A DNA stretch of 59,037 bases, filler included, from Squatina squatina (taxonomy: Eukaryota): NCBI GenBank assembly GCA_031763465.1. It is 3 parts of 3 records of this genome, joined end to end, with 100 filler letters (N's around TTAATTAATTAA, not from the genome) between each part and the next. Parts side by side here need not be neighbours in the genome. Positions count along the whole stretch, not along the records: positions 15,052 to 28,105 come from JARFOE010000001.1; positions 28,206 to 59,037 come from JARFOE010000073.1; 1 more part is not named here. The stretch is one strand, 5' to 3'. This document shows, piece by piece, positions 25,003 through 38,155 of this stretch. The notes under the pieces were generated by a model. The model made no database searches and was not told the DNA's origin. It was given only the letters and a program-made list of their open reading frames with translations. The stretch's first letter is position 1, and each line of letters begins with the position of its first letter. The position numbers and the translations under genes were made by a program.

Positions 25003-26944
25003 TTGGTGTTCAGTTACACAACAACTTAATTCCTGATGCCTGATGATCAATGAATGGGAACTGAAGTAAAAAAGGATACCACCGAAAGATCAGGTGGAAT
25101 ATCCTTATCCCTCAGCAGCCTTTCGGTAACACAGCACTGTAAAATTCTTGGGGAAGTATATTCCCTAAGGTTTGGTGTTGGTATCAGTGTTTTCTCTCAC
25201 TAGACAATGATGTGTGAGAATTTTCTGACAGTTTAAATAAATTTAAATGTTGAGCATGTCTGCTGGAGAGCTAGCTCCACAGGATTGATGCACTCTGCTG
25301 GGTAATGTCCATCATTTCAGACCCCGTGAAAAAATAATGGCCTGGTTTTCAAAATCTTGTTTTGCAATATTGCAACTGTATTTACAGCTCACAGATCCAG
25401 TACAATTGTGACACTGCTTTGATATAGAGAGTACAATTTTTTCAGACTGTCCTTCGAAAATTGTGAGCAGACATTCATTTTCTGGGCATTATCTCCTTTG
25501 CCTGATGCCTCTCTTACACTGTGTGTGATTTTCAAATCAATTTTTACTCACAGATGCAAGATAAAATGTCTTTCAGCAACTTACAGACTCCAGAAATGGA
25601 AATGAATAAATCTAACTTCACGGTTATTTTGTATTTCCAGGGTGCAATGTTCTCCTCCCCCTCCTCTCCCCCTTCCATCTGAAGTGAAAATCACTCCCTT
25701 GATATTATTGTAATGTCATTTACACTGTTCCTGTTGTTTCAGCAAGGCACTTTTTCACCCACTGTCTCAGAGGACTAGCATTTGTTATCTTGTGATGGCA
25801 CCAACAAGGTACAAAATAAAGTGACAGTATTGGTGAGTTGCTCTTAAGAATTAGTAGAATTGCAAAATATTTGCCTTGGAGACCATGACCCACCCCATAG
25901 GAGTTAAAGTAGTTAGGAGCAAAAGATGGGACTGATGATCCCTATCATTTTGACTGAATTTAAGCTTGCAGGGATCGAATGAAAACAATGAATAGCTGTG
26001 AGGACTGGAAGGCAGCACTGATTGAGCTCCTGCTCTCACTGATAATTCAATTGCTTAAAGACACCAATCTGCTAAAAAAAAAAGGGATTTAACTTCCTCT
26101 GGTAGTGTACTGGTTAACACATTCAAATAAATGGGTCAACAGCTGAATTAAAATAGCATGCGCAGGAATTTGCTGCGAACATGTTAAGCAGGGCACTATC
26201 AGAGATGTTGGTCCTTTATTAATATAGACTCAAGAGGTTCTTGCCAGGGGCTTGTTTTACTGAAATCCTAGCTGCTGTGCCAACAATGAAAGAGTTTCGG
26301 ACAGAGGAGAAACCAGAGTCGTCAGAAACCTGGCAAATATATATTGCATTTTCTTTAAAAAAAAAAAAGCACTGGAATCATGTAAAAAGGTGCTGTTTAT
26401 TAGTGCTTTAATTATGTCCCTAGCCGCTGCTTTTGTGAAATGTGTTCATGCCCGAGACAATCTCGGTCTTTTATCTATTAATGTAACAGTAATTTAAATA
26501 TAGAAGAGCATGACCAGGCTTTTGGAACTGAACTATTCAGTAACTTGAAGCTGCAATAGTCTCAGGAGAATGACACAACAATTTATGCACTATTACAAAA
26601 CAGTATTAACAATTGTTCTTTTACAGAACATTGTGAAGTAAAAGTTCTTTCAAGGCTTCATAGAAAACTAATTTGCTGAAGGTTTTTTTCTGAAAAACAT
26701 TGTATTTTGAAATTGAAGAATTTATTCCATGCTGAAGTGGTTACTGTCCCCTTTCTTATCCCACTCTTCTTCATTTGAATGTCTAAAGCTCTTCTGAAGG
26801 GAATTAATTCTTTATCCTCCTATTATACAGCTCCTTACAGTCTTCTTCAGAGATGACATGAGGCACTGAGTCAAGCAATTGGAAAGAACCTGTGTACAGA
26901 ATCAAGAACAGGAACAAGCTGGATTCTAGTTCATTTTTAAAAAA

Positions 26945-27094
26945 ATATTCGTTCATGGGATGTGGGCGTCGCCGGCAAGGCCAGCATTTATTGCCCATCC
27001 CTAATTACCCTTGAGAAGGTGGTGATGAGCCGCCTTCTTGAATCGCTGCAGTCCATTTGGTGAAGGAACTCCCACAGTGCTGTTAGGGAGGGAG
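26945..27094 (-). mobile_element. LINE 3' end
   Basis: Same family as 4945. Minus strand reads GLQRFKKAAHHHLLKGN* followed by UTR. Confidence 0.8.
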
Positions 27095-28105
27095 NNNNNN
27101 NNNNNNNNNNNNNNNNNNNNNNNNNNNNNNNNNNNNNNNNNNNNNNNNNNNNNNNNNNNNNNNNNNNNNNNNNNNNNNNNNNNNNNNNNNNNNNTAGTGA
27201 TTTGCTGATTAACAACAAAATGTGTTGTATTAATATCAGTTTTGGACTACTGAGGAAAGAAAAGGCAGAGAAAAAAAAGAGCAAACATAAAAGAGCAAAG
27301 TAAATAAATGACGATAGAAATGCACAAAACAAATGATAGAAGAGAAAGAGGAGTTTTATTTGATTGTTAGTAACTGGCAAAAGATATGCAGAAGGATGGT
27401 ATGGAATTACTCTACGGGTGTGGAAAAGATGTGATGCTACAATGCATTAAAATGGTCACAAATTTTTCCTCTGGGCTGTGCTGGTCTTGATGATTACTCA
27501 CAGAGGAAATTTCATCACAGCATGAGTACCAAAGGTATCCGCCAATCTGTTTATATTCCCTACCTGGTCCATTAGCAACCTCAGATAAATGTTCTGGGTG
27601 GTTCCACTGAGATTAACGTCTGCAATTGGATCAGAGACTATAGTAAAAGCATCACTTAACTAGCTGAAGAGGTCCAAGGACAAATATGCCAGGAGCCAAC
27701 TGGAGTTGACAATTGTAATTACTCTGCCTCTGTCTCACCTTCGTTTCTACTGTATATGAAGAAAATAATGAATTTTCTAGTAGCGGTGCAGAGTGGTTAG
27801 TTGTGATTTCTTTCCTCAAAGCTACAGTGATTTCAAATGATGAGTAATCATTTTTCACTTGGCATTGAATGTGCTTCTGTAAAATAAATCCTCTAGTAGT
27901 ACCAGTGAATATTCACTTCTTTCTGCCAGTGATCCTATTATTTCCAAGCAATTACTCACAACTTCCACTGAAGCTCACTTATTTGCCAAAGATTTAATGG
28001 ATTCACTAATGACAGAAAAATGAAAAACTGTACTGTACATTAGAGCAATTGTGCAGGCTGGAATTTGAATTAGTCCTAATAACAATGAACATTGGGCAAC
28101 TGCAT

Positions 28106-28205
28106 NNNNNNNNNNNNNNNNNNNNNNNNNNNNNNNNNNNNNNNNNNNNTTAATTAATTAANNNNNNNNNNNNNNNNNNNNNNNNNNNNNNNNNNNNNNN
28201 NNNNN
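28106..28205. other. Artificial assembly spacer
   Basis: 44 N + TTAATTAATTAA + 44 N, identical in layout to 14952-15051. Confidence 0.93.
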
Positions 28206-28820
28206 AGTTGTGGCCAAGATCAGATCTGCCATGATATTGCTGAATGGTGGAGCAGGCTCGAGGGGCTGAATGGCCTTCTCCTGCTCCTATTTCTTATGCT
28301 AAACCTGTATTGAACCTTGGTTAGACCACACTCGGTTGAGTACTGTGTACAATTTTGGTCACCAAATTATAAAAAGGATATAGAGGCACTGGAGAGGGTG
28401 CAGAGAAGATTCACAAGGAATGATACTAGAAATGCGAGGGTATACATATCAGGAAAGGATGAACAGGCCAGGCATCTCATTTGTTAAAATTATGAAAGGT
28501 TTTGATAGAGTGGATAGAGAGAATATGCTTCTACTTGTGGGCAAGAGCATAACTAGAGGCCGCCAATATAAGATAGTCACCAAGAAATCCAAAAGGGGAT
28601 TCAGAAGAAACTTCTTTACCCAGACAGTGGTGAGAATGTGGAACTCGCTCCCACAGGGAGTGGTTGAGGTGAATAGTATGATGCATTTAAGGGGAAGCCA
28701 GACAAGGGAATAGAGGGCTATGCTGATAGATTTAGATGAAGAAGGACAGGAGGAGGCTCGAGTGGAGCATAGACACCGGCATGGACTGTTTCTGCACTGT
28801 ATATCCTATGTGACCTATAT
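28206..28820 (+). mobile_element. CR1 LINE 3' fragments (a tail followed by an ORF2 C-terminal piece)
   Basis: [16 protein letters not shown]...KIMKGFDRVDRE...RRNFFTQTVVRMWNSLP. Confidence 0.88.
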
Positions 28821-28959
28821 TTGGATGATTTTATTTACATTATTGAGTGCATTAGTACCAACAGTAATGTTAACAGAAGTTATGGTTATGCTATTAATGG
28901 TGTTCTTCCACAGCTGCTGTTGAGACTATAAAAGAACGTTTCCCCGAAACGGCTCGAGA

Positions 28960-29220
28960 CAATGAGGACACTAAGGCTGAAAGAGCAGCCATTAACACTC
29001 AAGTGTAGGGAATGGACAGAAGTAGGTCAATGCAGGAGGAACAGAAGGTATGTGCATGGACATGTGACTGGGGGAGATTGTATCTGTAGGGAGGGGGAGG
29101 CGATGGAGGGCTATAAAATCAAGGATGAGAATTTTAAATTTGATGCATTACTGGATTCAGCGAATATAGGTCAGTGAGCACAGGGTCGATGGTGATCGGG
29201 ACTTGGTGCGACTTAGGACA
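28960..29220 (-). mobile_element. Decayed L2 LINE fragment
   Basis: Similar to the L2 at 37783-38155 (ggctgaaagagcagcc...gaggcgatggaggg). Confidence 0.55.
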
Positions 29221-30164
29221 GAAACTTCAAACAACCGTGCATTCTAACTATCTCAGTCAGCTATCTGCACACTTTACACGGGACCTCCCTGAGAAGCATG
29301 GTAGCAGAACTTAGGCAAAGGGCCGAGGTCAGTGGAATGAATATATACAGATGACCCCTTCTTCAAACTGATACCGATTTACTCTGGATAGCACTGAAGA
29401 CCCAGTCATTCCTGTGTTTGTGACATTAATTGTGCATTTTGAATCTGCAGTGTCCCAGAGTTGGTGCAGATTTTTTTTCTTGAATGCAAACTGGAGTGTA
29501 GTCCAGTTTCAGAAATGTGTTGCTTGCTTACGCGTGACGCCAACCTCCTCCTCTTCTGTCTGTTATTGATAAGAATCCAGGGGAGAAGAACAGGGTCAGG
29601 AAACACTGAAATAGCCACCACTGTCAAAATAGATGGCCCAGGGAAGCGGCGCCTCAACAATTTCTTTTACATGAGCAGACTTCCTTAGTTCTTGAAAAAT
29701 ATTTTACGATTATTGAGCAGTGGGGCAGCGCTGCATTAAGTAATTTTTTGTTTGTTTTTTTTGATTTAATGCCAGTCTAGGCCAGTTTTAATGTTGGACC
29801 AGAGTGGAAAATGTGATTGCAAAGAGCTGAGAATTAGACTGAGAGGGCTAGAGACAGGAGCTGATAGGAAGACAGATGTGGAGGAATGGGAAAAGAAAGA
29901 AGGGTGGAGGGACTAGGAGCATGAACCAATCAGGAGAGACTAACCAAGGCAGAAATAAACAAACAGCCAAAGAATAGCTGGAGGACAGAGTGGGGTGAGA
30001 ATGGGAAGCAGGAATTTGTTTCTGATTCAGCATGTAGCTATATTCCCTATTGATCAAATGGCAGATGTGTTCAAGTATCGGAAATTTAGGGTACTAAAAT
30101 TCCAAAGGTTGGAGCCAAGCCAGGAAAAAAGAATGTAAGTGTGTGTTTCCCTGTGTGAATATTT

Positions 30165-30245
30165 GCCCGTGTGTGTGAGGGATGCATATACACACGCACA
30201 CGCACACGCACACGCACATGCACACACATATATATAAATATGTAT
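30165..30245. repeat. Compound microsatellite (GT, CACACG, CA, TA)
   Basis: Visible cacacgcacacgcacacg run with flanking dinucleotide repeats. Confidence 0.85.
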
Positions 30246-33200
30246 AAAGCCACTCTAGGAAGACATAGATTTTTTTTTAAATGAGTAAACTTTATCTCTG
30301 ACAAAAAAAAAATTAATTGGACTATTTACAGCACTTTCCTATTGCACAATTTAGATAAAAGTGCAAATATCCAAATTACACATTTTTAATGGTTTAGAAA
30401 CGGGTGCAAATAAGGGAAATGCATGGAAATGAACACACTGTGCGATTGCGCATTGTTCACACACGTTCTTGAAAATAAACCAGATAGAAAACAGAATGAT
30501 AGTTTNNNNNNNNNNNNNNNNNNNNNNNNNNNNNNNNNNNNNNNNNNNNNNNNNNNNNNNNNNNNNNNNNNNNNNNNNNNNNNNNNNNNNNNNNNNNNNN
30601 NNNNNNNNNNNNNNNNNNNNNNNNNNNNNNNNNNNNNNNNNNNNNNNNNNNNNNNNNNNNNNNNNNNNNNNNNNNNNNNNNNNNNNNNNNNNNNNNNNNN
30701 NNNNNNNNNNNNNNNNNNNNNNNNNNNNNNNNNNNNNNNNNNNNNNNNNNNNNNNNNNNNNNNNNNNNNNNNNNNNNNNNNNNNNNNNNNNNNNNNNNNN
30801 NNNNNNNNNNNNNNNNNNNNNNNNNNNNNNNNNNNNNNNNNNNNNNNNNNNNNNNNNNNNNNNNNNNNNNNNNNNNNNNNNNNNNNNNNNNNNNNNNNNN
30901 NNNNNNNNNNNNNNNNNNNNNNNNNNNNNNNNNNNNNNNNNNNNNNNNNNNNNNNNNNNNNNNNNNNNNNNNNNNNNNNNNNNNNNNNNNNNNNNNNNNN
31001 NNNNNNNNNNNNNNNNNNNNNNNNNNNNNNNNNNNNNNNNNNNNNNNNNNNNNNNNNNNNNNNNNNNNNNNNNNNNNNNNNNNNNNNNNNNNNNNNNNNN
31101 NNNNNNNNNNNNNNNNNNNNNNNNNNNNNNNNNNNNNNNNNNNNNNNNNNNNNNNNNNNNNNNNNNNNNNNNNNNNNNNNNNNNNNNNNNNNNNNNNNNN
31201 NNNNNNNNNNNNNNNNNNNNNNNNNNNNNNNNNNNNNNNNNNNNNNNNNNNNNNNNNNNNNNNNNNNNNNNNNNNNNNNNNNNNNNNNNNNNNNNNNNNN
31301 NNNNNNNNNNNNNNNNNNNNNNNNNNNNNNNNNNNNNNNNNNNNNNNNNNNNNCCGGGTTTCGCTGAGCAGCGGGGGCCCTGGAGGTTTCGGGATTACGT
31401 CAGCGCTGGGGGGGAAAAGAAGAAAAAAAAAAAAGCTGCACTTCACACACACACAAAAAAAACACAGTGCTGCATTTTATGAGCTAGGATCTGGACTTCT
31501 CGGTCGATCCCCACACAATGCGGTCTTTATTGTCACCCATGAGATCGGCAGCTCCTTTTATGAATTAGCGCACTGGGCTAAATGGAACTTGTACATGTCC
31601 TTAATCTGTCAGCTGCACTATATAAATGTCACATGCCCTGTGAGATCATTTCAGCTGGAATGCTGAAAGCATTTACCGGGTTACATAGCACGGGCTGCGA
31701 AAATAGAAAAAAAAAGCTCAGTGTATTTTGCAATTAGTTCCCCGAGGGTGTTCTTTTAAATGACTTCATTATTCTCAGCTTTGGCTTTAATATGAAATCA
31801 GAAGTGCTGATGGTGTTTGTAGTGACCATTCTGTTAGTCCGGTTCTTTATGTGGAGCTGTCTTGGTGTGTACATTGACTATAAACTGGCTCAACGGTTTC
31901 CAAACCTCGAANNNNNNNNNNNNNNNNNNNNNNNNNNNNNNNNNNNNNNNNNNNNNNNNNNNNNNNNNNNNNNNNNNNNNNNNNNNNNNNNNNNNNNNNN
32001 NNNNNNNNNNNNNNNNNNNNNNNNNNNNNNNNNNNNNNNNNNNNNNNNNNNNNNNNNNNNNNNNNNNNNNNNNNNNNNNNNNNNNNNNNNNNNNNNNNNN
32101 NNNNNNNNNNNNNNNNNNNNNNNNNNNNNNNNNNNNNNNNNNNNNNNNNNNNNNNNNNNNNNNNNNNNNNNNNNNNNNNNNNNNNNNNNNNNNNNNNNNN
32201 NNNNNNNNNNNNNNNNNNNNNNNNNNNNNNNNNNNNNNNNNNNNNNNNNNNNNNNNNNNNNNNNNNNNNNNNNNNNNNNNNNNNNNNNNNNNNNNNNNNN
32301 NNNNNNNNNNNNNNNNNNNNNNNNNNNNNNNNNNNNNNNNNNNNNNNNNNNNNNNNNNNNNNNNNNNNNNNNNNNNNNNNNNNNNNNNNNNNNNNNNNNN
32401 NNNNNNNNNNNNNNNNNNNNNNNNNNNNNNNNNNNNNNNNNNNNNNNNNNNNNNNNNNNNNNNNNNNNNNNNNNNNNNNNNNNNNNNNNNNNNNNNNNNN
32501 NNNNNNNNNNNNNNNNNNNNNNNNNNNNNNNNNNNNNNNNNNNNNNNNNNNNNNNNNNNNNNNNNNNNNNNNNNNNNNNNNNNNNNNNNNNNNNNNNNNN
32601 NNNNNNNNNNNNNNNNNNNNNNNNNNNNNNNNNNNNNNNNNNNNNNNNNNNNNNNNNNNNNNNNNNNNNNNNNNNNNNNNNNNNNNNNNNNNNNNNNNNN
32701 NNNNNNNNNNNNNNNNNNNNNNNNNNNNNNNNNNNNNNNNNNNNNNNNNNNNNNNNNNNNNNNNNNNNNNNNNNNNNNNNNNNNNNNNNNNNNNNNNNNN
32801 NNNNNNNNNNNNNNNNAGTGAATGTAGGTATGACTTGCAGATGCTACGTGTAGAATCATTGTGACATGATGTGCAAACTAGGCATTCAGTATTTGAAAGT
32901 TACCTATGTAATTGGAAACCACACTACATAACATTCCATAAATAAAGTTGCTACTCAGTTGCAAGCAAAAATATGCATTCCTTTTAATTTGTAAGGCTGT
33001 TTAATAAAAAAATCAGGAAACTCTTCGAGAAAAATTATTGCAAATGTTTTGATTCTTGCTTTGAGATGGCAGCTCTCTTTAGGCAAACCTGTTTGATTTT
33101 TCTGTAAGATGTTAAGCAAAACATGGAATATTTATTGGATGTAAAGTTGAGCAACCTTTGCATTATGCCGAAGCAGTTTTAGTTTAAAAAAAAATAGACT

Positions 33201-33496
33201 GGTTTTAAAAGCTGGGCTATTTATGGAGGAGCCAGCTAAAGCAATCACACACGTTTCAAAGTAAATTTTGCCAGTTAAAAAGAAATAGTTAAATTTATGA
33301 GTTCCGCAACAGCTGCCAGATGGTGATGTTTGAAACAAACCTTTCGTTCTCAAATCCTGACCTTCAATTCAGTTTAGCTGCATGAATCAAGGGGATAAAC
33401 CATACCACAGGGGTTAGGGTGGCCCCAATCTGTCTACGCTGGTGTTAAATATTTTTACCACCATGTTTGGTGTGTTTGATTGAGGGAGGCATGTAG

Positions 33497-33526
33497 AAGA
33501 GAGAAAGAGAGAGAGAGAGAGAGAGA
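33497..33526. repeat. (GA)n microsatellite
   Basis: Visible gagaga run. Confidence 0.9.
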
Positions 33527-36287
33527 ATAGTGTACTGGTAGTGGTATATCACTGGGTTTAGATCACAAGGGGGAAAGCTCTAACACTGATGAGTTTATCG
33601 TATATTTTTTATGGCACTAGGAATGAAGGACTTCAGTTCTGTGGCGAGACATAGTTAACATAGAAACAGGGGTAGGTCATTCAGCCCGTCGAGCCTCTTC
33701 TGCCATTCAATTAGATTATGGCTGATCTGAAATACGCATCAAATCAGTCAGCCTCTGAAAGAGAAAAGGCAGTGGTTAACACTTTGGATAGTATGCATCA
33801 TCGGAGTAGTCCCGATGAAAGGCTTGTGCTGAATCCTGTTAACCTCCGACTTTCTGACTGCATTGTGCGGTTTGAGTATTGCTTTTAATCTTTTATTTTA
33901 CTGGTTCTGCTGTTTTCAGCGGGTGATGCATTCCATAGAGAGTAAAGCCAAGGGTATACCATGCAGTGATAAGCTTACAGACCGCAGCCTTGAGCAGACT
34001 CCAAACGTCATTTGTTTATTGTATGCAGTGCAGTTTTTTATTTTTTCAACCTCTTTGGAGATTTTCCCATTGGAGTCTGTTACTGCCACTTTATGGCTGC
34101 TGGGTTTTAGAATATACCTCTGCACCATGCTGGGGAAGAGCTTTACAACATAACGATGTTAGACCAGAGTCTTAGTAGGGGTCGGCATCACAGTAAGAGA
34201 AGGTTGTTACTGAGAAATAATAACCCTCTGTTTTATAGAGGTACAACACTCCTGTATATATTATATGTATTTAAATGGCTGTTGCACAGTCTTGTGCCCT
34301 GTATGGATGTAGGAGTAAATAGTTTTTGAAAAAAATCATGGGATCCACCATCCATGGAATGCTGCCTCTGCTCTGTTGCTTGCACGAACCTTCCTGATGA
34401 TTCAGATAAGCGGGAAGTGTTCTCGAATTTTGAACCTTGTACCAGGTTATTGTATTCACAGTGGCATAAAATCACCTTCACTCTTCTCCCAAAGAGGAAA
34501 CAAAATGATTGCAGTTTAGAAATGCAAACTGGGTGGCCTGGCNNNNNNNNNNNNNNNNNNNNNNNNNNNNNNNNNNNNNNNNNNNNNNNNNNNNNNNNNN
34601 NNNNNNNNNNNNNNNNNNNNNNNNNNNNNNNNNNNNNNNNNNGGAGGCAAGTGGGGAGTAAAGGGGCAGAGTAGCCCGGAGCAGCATTCCGGATCAAAGA
34701 AAAGTTATGGACTTACTTCAAGTGCCTCTTCCATCTGCGAACCAGCAGCAGACCTGCTTCAGCCTGGTGGGAAAGCCATGGAAGATTCGTTGTTCGGGCC
34801 CCGGTTAGAGCTGTGTCGGGGTCCCATTGACAAAAATAGAGGACCTGCTTTAGGCGGACGCCTCATCCACCCAAAAAGCCATGCAGGTTAAAATCGACCC
34901 CACCAAGTTACAGCACTGCACCAAACTAGGGGGCGAGTTTGAATTTCAGGTTGTTTGGTTGGTGAAATATCACTTTGAGTTACCTGACAGCTTCGAGATT
35001 GCACCTTTAGATTGCTGAGGGCTTAAGTCAAAATAGAGAGTTAAGTCACGCAATGCTTTCATCAACAGAATCCTGTCAAAATGAGAATCAAGCAGTTACT
35101 TGTGGTACCAGACCTTACAAAGATTTAATTTACACAACAAAATTACATGGTCTTGTTTTGGTCACAATACATTTAGTCTAGTTATTCAATTTCTCCCAGA
35201 GAAAAAACAGTTTTCATAAAATCATTTCCCACATGCATATCACTTAGCTATACCAATGGCCAAGTTCTAGAACATAGAACATAGAACATAGAAGTTCTGG
35301 GTGACAATGTCATTTTGCAATTGACTCAATCTCCAACAAGGGAAAAGTCATTGCTTTTTTTTTTCTTTCGTTAAATTTNNNNNNNNNNTCATACAGTTCC
35401 TGCCACATATGTTTCAAACAACTAAAAAAAGCCATACAGGGCATGGTAACAATTACAAGGGCTTTTTGAACAGTAATTGATCGGGACTTATAACTAATTG
35501 ATCGTGAATGCCTACAATTATTTCCGCTAATCACCCAAACTACTGGTATATTTATTTTAAACATGCCTGCGGCAAGATTTAAAAGCATCAGTTACTTCAC
35601 AGTGATTTATCAGTGAACTGACCCCCCAAACACAGCAATGCAATCAGTCCCTGGCTTCCTTTAACCCCTGACTGAGAGGCTATGCTTGTTTACTCAGTAC
35701 TCGTGATTCATGTGACAGTCACGTTCAAACCGAAAAGTGACCAGCTCATTGCGAGTTATTTCAGAGGATTAAACGCAGAGTTTGCCTGAATTTAAAGAAA
35801 GATTTCTTCACCGGTGGTCTCCCAGGCATTAAAAAATACGATGAGAAATATTTGGGCGCATAAATATTTTCAGCCGTCGTTCAACTGTGTGTTCAAACCA
35901 ACTTATGGAATTCCTCATCTTAAGATCCTGGGCCTGCCATTCTTGGCAAAATGTTGAATCAATTTATTTTACTCCTGTTTGTATCAAACTTAGAAATACT
36001 GAGAAAAGGGTGCGTTTATTAAATCTTTGGGAATTATTTTTTAAAATTAGTCAACATTTATAAAACATTTGTACACCGTGACCATTCCATTGTATCATTC
36101 AAATCCATTCCTCCACACTGCAGTCATTCCTCTACCACTTATTAACGTCAAAAACTGNNNNNNNNNNNNNNNNNNNNNNNNNNNNNNNNNNNNNNNNNNN
36201 NNNNNNNNNNNNNNNNNNNNNNNNNNNNNNNNNNNNNNNNNNNNNNNNNNNNNNNNNNNNNNNNNNNNNNNNNNNNNNNNNNNNNNT

Positions 36288-36810
36288 TCAGTATGTATGT
36301 GAGGGTGTCACTGTGAGTTTGTGTGTGTGAGTGTGTGTGTGAGTGTGTGTGTGTGTGAGTGTGTGTACTGTGAGTGTGTGTGTCAGTGTGTCAGTGTGAG
36401 TTTGTGTGTGTGAGAGTGAGTGTGTGAGGGTGTCAGTGTGAGTTTGTGTGTGTAAGTGNNNNNNNNNNNNNNNNNNNNNNNNNNNNNNNNNNNNNNNNNN
36501 NNNNNNNNNNNNNNNNNNNNNNNNNNNNNNNNNNNNNNNNNNNNNNNNNNNNNNNNNNNNNNNNNNNNNNNNNNNNNNNNNNNNNNNNNNNNNNNNNNNN
36601 NNNNNNNNNNNNNNNNNNNNNNNNNNNNNNNNNNNNNNNNNNNNNNNNNNNNNNNNNGTGTCAGTGTGAGTTTGTGTGTGTGAGTGTATGTGTGAGTGTG
36701 TGTGTGTGAGTTTGTGTGTGCGTGAGTGAGTGTGTGTGAGTGTGAATGCGTGTGTCAGTATGTGTGTGAGTGTGTCAGTGTGAGTTTGTGTGTGTGTGAG
36801 TGAGTGTGTA
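36288..36810. repeat. Degenerate GT-rich minisatellite
   Basis: Recurring unit gtgtcagtgtgagtttgtgtgtgtgag on both sides of a gap. Confidence 0.9.
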
Positions 36811-37782
36811 CAGACATGCTGTAAGTGTGAACAGCCGTCAATTTGCACCAGGCACTCCTGTTCCGAGTGTGACTGTCTTGTAATTGTGATATTTGAACAC
36901 TGAGCAAAAAGTACTGTTTTCTGAGTCACGTTTATATGAAATGAGAGGAAAATCAAAAACTGATTCCGCATCCACAAACAGGAAATTGTCCTTCATTCTT
37001 TTCCTTCATTCCTTCTTTCCACAGAATTCAAACTGAATCAGAAACAAAATTCTTTGTGTGCAGGAGCTAAAGTTAAATGAGATGGCAGTTAAGTTTTCTG
37101 TTGTGATGTTGCTGAGCTGATAGAATTAAAAGACTTTACTTTGTCCTTGGGCCATTGATTTCCGTGAACAATGCAACATTTTAGAAGAAGAATTCCTTGA
37201 GCGGCAGGTTGTAAACGGGCAGGGTGTGGGATGCAGCAGCAGACATCGAGCCCCTCCAGAGCAGGGCCAGTATGATTCATGGGTCCCTTCTCCCCTCCCC
37301 AAGCTCACCAAGCTCCCACCGCCTCTCCGAGCTCAGGCCTGACTTCGGTTACACAGGCTCGTCTGCAGCTTCACACCTGAGCCCAGCCAGGGAGTGCAGG
37401 TGAGCTATTTTCACGTGGAGGCATCACCGCATCAATCCGGGCTTCCCGCAACTCAACCTCACTGGATCTTTCCTTTTCCTAACCCACAGGCAACGAACAT
37501 TGGAACACAGGAGGAGGCCATTCAGCCCCTCGAGCGCCGTGAAGTTTGAGCGCACTGTTACATATATTGATTGGACCAAAACTCCCTGCAGAATAAAGTA
37601 ATCCATTCTGAATAAGATCTCAAGCCGTCTCCCCAAGGCAGTTCTGGGTCCAATTCATTCTTTTCCATCCTGAGTTAAAAAAAAAGCTGTGTCAGCGGTG
37701 ACCTTTCATACCTCTCGAATAATGAAGATCCATTGAGAGATCTCGATGGATTTATCCGCCCAGACGCTGTCAGAGAGCAATC

Positions 37783-38155
37783 CCACAACTTGCATTTATA
37801 TAGCACCTTCAATGCAGTAAAAGATCCCAAGGCGCTTCACAGGAGCGATTGTCAAACAAAATTTGACACCGAGCCACATAAGGAGACATTAAGACAGATG
37901 CTTGGTCAAAGGGGTAGGTTATAAGGAATGTCTTAAAGAAGGAGAGAGAGAGATAGAGAGGCGGAGGTGTTTAGAGAGGGATTTCCAGAGTTTAGTGCCC
38001 AGGCAGCTGAAAGCACGGCCCCCAATAGTGGAGTGATGAAAATCGGGGATGTGCAAGAGGCCACAGTTGGAAGACTGCCGAGATCTCGGAGGGTTGTAAG
38101 GCTGGAGGAGGTTACAGAGATCCGGATGGGCGAGGCCGTGGAGGGATTTGAAAAA
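37783..38155 (-). mobile_element. L2 LINE 3' end
   Basis: FKSLHGLAHPDLCNLLQPYNPPRS...GGRAFSCLGTKLWKSL matches the L2 ORF2 C-terminus, followed by its tail. Confidence 0.88.

Noticed and set aside
26640-26900. Possible minus-strand exon (good acceptor, GSFQLLDSVPHVISEEDCKELY)
   Set aside because: There is an early stop, no recognised homology and no partner exons.
30423-32859. ORFs of more than 300 aa in the ORF track
   Set aside because: They consist almost entirely of N-gap translated as X.
36288-36977. His/Thr-rich 229-aa ORF
   Set aside because: It is the translation of a CA-rich satellite plus a gap.
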